64,000 bases of DNA from a virus. The number at the start of each line of letters is the position of its first letter. The first letter of the stretch is position 1. A program made the translations under genes and the position numbers. The stretch is taken from positions 40,106-104,105 of IMG/VR virus record IMGVR_UViG_3300037466_003379. One strand, given 5' to 3'. Shown here piece after piece: positions 63,317 to 64,000 of this stretch. The notes under the pieces are model-generated. The model was not told where the DNA came from and did no database searches. It was given only the letters and a program-made list of their open reading frames with translations.

Positions 63317-63889
63317 TCAGAGTCCGGGGTAGGGGGCGATCTGGTGGCAGGTCGGGCAGGCCGCGTCGGTGGCCGCGGCGAGGCCGGGGACCCAGCCCAT
63401 CTGCGTCCAGCGGCGGGCGCCGTAGTGGGCGCCGCAGATCGGGCGCATCGTGTCGGCGTCGGCCAGGTGCACGCTGGGGGTGCCCTCGGCGACCATCAGC
63501 GCGTAGGTGAAGCCGCCGTCGGGGACCCGGTAGAGCTGAGGGTCGCGGAACGGGCGGTCGTCGCGGATCTGGAAGACCTCGCCGCGGATCTCGACCAGGT
63601 CGCCGACCTTCACGTCGATGACCGGTGCCTGCGGGAGCGGGACCGCGGCGATGACGGTGCCGCAGGCGATGAGGTCGGCGCGGACGCCTCGGGTGATCGG
63701 GCCGTCCTGCTCCTCGCGGCCTTCGCCATCGGGGCCGCGGAACAGGATCCGGAAGTTCGTCTGGTGGCCCTGGTGCTTCGAGTGCATGCGGAGCTCGGTG
63801 CCGAGGTGCGGGGTGCGCCAGAAGTCGGGGCCGTAGTCGACGGGCTCGACGTCCAGGTGGATCGGGGTGCGGGTGGCGGTGGCGGTCAT
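63317..63889 (-). CDS. Hypothetical protein with a C-terminal zinc finger
   Basis: Starts in a GGAGCACCCGATG motif; H...CG...CPTC. Confidence 0.6.
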   Translation of the reverse strand: MTATATRTPIHLDVEPVDYGPDFWRTPHLGTELRMHSKHQGHQTNFRILFRGPDGEGREEQDGPITRGVRADLIACGTVIAAVPLPQAPVIDVKVGDLVEIRGEVFQIRDDRPFRDPQLYRVPDGGFTYALMVAEGTPSVHLADADTMRPICGAHYGARRWTQMGWVPGLAAATDAACPTCHQIAPYPGL

Positions 63890-63932
63890 CGGGTGCTCCT
63901 CGGGGTTCGGGGGCGGGGGTGTCGCCCCATCA

Positions 63933-63981
63933 GGTACCGCTAAAGCGTACCGCGCCCAGCACTGGGGCGCAATACTGAAAA
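63933..63981 (-). promoter_or_regulatory. Phage promoter/operator motif, copy 4
   Basis: Minus strand TTTTCAGTA-TTGCGC-17 bp-TACGCT-TTAGCGGTACC. Confidence 0.7.
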
Positions 63982-64000
63982 TCAGACGCGCTCCTGCCGC

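Larger units (their letters stand above)
1..64000. mobile_element. Temperate siphovirus-like actinophage genome, probably a phage-plasmid (partial; extends beyond both ends)
   Basis: Contiguous terminase-portal-head-tail-tape measure-lysis gene order, plus parA/RHH partition genes and a Cre-like recombinase. No host housekeeping genes recognised. Confidence 0.9.

Noticed and set aside
1-64000. tRNA, rRNA or insertion sequences
   Set aside because: No cloverleaf, rRNA or transposase was recognised by eye. A tRNAscan or ISEScan run would be needed to exclude them fully.

Overview
This window is most of the genome of a high-GC actinobacterial temperate siphovirus, probably maintained as a plasmid (phage-plasmid). 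Support for the plasmid lifestyle: a ParA plus small RHH-type partition pair with heptad repeats at the left end, and a Cre-like tyrosine recombinase with a lox/dif-like site. Almost all genes are on the minus strand. From right to left they are: early small genes with shared promoter and start-site motifs, a ParB-family protein, an N6-adenine methyltransferase and a nuclease; the recombinase; an accessory fibre module with a papain-like protease and a VIT-like protein; a ParB-IbrA-IbrB-methyltransferase cluster; and the terminase, portal, head, tail and lysis genes. The most unusual features are: (1) a hyaluronan-synthase/NodC-like GT2 gene behind an attenuator-like leader, in the same genome as a tail protein carrying a GH46 chitosanase domain; (2) a 2H-phosphoesterase fused to the MuF minor head protein; (3) the candidate DNA-modification cluster; (4) three candidate structured RNAs; (5) two LexA boxes. 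All family calls come from motif recognition by eye; no database searches were run. Several start codons were moved relative to the ORF track using RBS position and gene overlaps.
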